Source of the DNA: a virus
Lineage: Duplodnaviria > Caudoviricetes
Reading direction: 5' to 3' (one strand)
IMG/VR virus record: IMGVR_UViG_3300028908_000012
Location: 1-54,710 of that record
DNA: 54,710 nucleotides
Numbering within the stretch: position 1 is the first letter of the stretch; each line of letters begins with the position of its first letter. This document shows, piece by piece, positions 54,259 to 54,710 of this stretch. The notes beneath the pieces were generated by a model. That model saw only the letters and a list, made by a program, of their open reading frames with translations, was not told the DNA's origin and ran no database searches. Made by a program: the position numbers and the translations under genes.

Positions 54259-54710
54259 ATGTTTATTACGAATAAAGCAGATATAAGTAGTGTAGCACAG
54301 TTGTTAGAGCAGTTAAAGGGCAGTAGTGAGACACTACGCCCAACACTGTTCAATGCTACGAGTTTAGGTGTACCAGATGAGTTCACTGCACTAAAAGACA
54401 CATATGGTCTATTAGTAAGTACTGACGACGGTCTGAAAGTAAAAGATGTACAGGATTACGCACAGTTCATTGAGCGTACAAACCTTGTGCAGGACATTTT
54501 GAACGGCATAGAGGGTCAAGCTATGGATGTTACATCTATACTTGACAGTATAGGGTATGACAATATAGACACATTAGCGTCTGATATAAGTATAGCAGCA
54601 GCTATTATGTCTGCTATCCAAAGCTCGCACAAGTATCCTACACTTGAAGACCCATTGAGTAGGCTTATGGATATGTTAGACAAGCTGACAGCTTTGTTAG
54701 GAGGTGATAC
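54259..54710 (+). CDS. Allele B of 1945-2412 (3' partial)
   Basis: Open frame to the window end, colinear with 1945-2396. Confidence 0.8.
   Translation, partial: MFITNKADISSVAQLLEQLKGSSETLRPTLFNATSLGVPDEFTALKDTYGLLVSTDDGLKVKDVQDYAQFIERTNLVQDILNGIEGQAMDVTSILDSIGYDNIDTLASDISIAAAIMSAIQSSHKYPTLEDPLSRLMDMLDKLTALLGGD

Larger units (their letters stand above)
1..54710. mobile_element. Complete or near-complete dsDNA tailed phage genome (podovirus-like, unit length 52314 bp), probably lytic, probable Campylobacterota host
   Basis: TerL, P22-like portal, major capsid, nozzle and ejection proteins, lysis cassette and replication genes present; no tape measure, sheath, integrase or host housekeeping genes; the ends repeat at offset 52314. 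Confidence 0.93.
52315..54710 (+). repeat. Terminal repeat copy B (homologous to 1-2396)
   Basis: Colinear with copy A, diverged after 127 bp. Confidence 0.97.

Noticed and set aside
52315-54710. True direct terminal repeat of the virion DNA
   Set aside because: Packaging-generated terminal repeats are identical; these diverge after exactly 127 bp and start mid-gene
1-54710. tRNA genes, integrase/repressor module, phage RNA polymerase, stop-codon recoding
   Set aside because: No cloverleaf or T-loop signature noticed by eye, no recombinase or RNAP motifs, and core genes are intact in the standard code

Overview
The window is an essentially complete ~52.3-kb dsDNA phage genome, probably a lytic podovirus (no integrase or repressor seen). 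The host is most likely a Campylobacterota (epsilonproteobacterium), inferred from a DnaN-like gene with Campylobacter-type motifs and TTAAG-periodic sigma70 promoters. Positions 1-2396 and 52315-54710 are the same locus at a constant offset of 52314. The copies are identical for exactly the first 127 bp and then diverge mostly synonymously, which fits a circularised genome plus a second tail-fibre allele. Layout: a plus-strand virion and lysis operon (46282 to 18788 across the junction); minus-strand middle genes (SSB-like, family A polymerase, two DNA methyltransferases, Cas4-like nuclease, ligase, helicase, VRR-NUC, MazG-like, many micro-ORFs); a plus-strand primase-helicase island; a minus-strand early region; and an inverted terS/terL pair. 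Best leads: (1) a 1.9-kb ORF-free region packed with nested GGGACTAAA/TTTAGTCCC inverted repeats and plus-strand hairpins, either a large ncRNA or a terminus/origin; (2) early genes separated by a conserved 20-bp-stem repeat, one of them a truncated host-like beta clamp; (3) two candidate anti-Shine-Dalgarno small RNAs; (4) a modular family of tail appendage proteins; (5) a prion-like SSB candidate. All product calls come from motifs recognised by eye; no searches were run.
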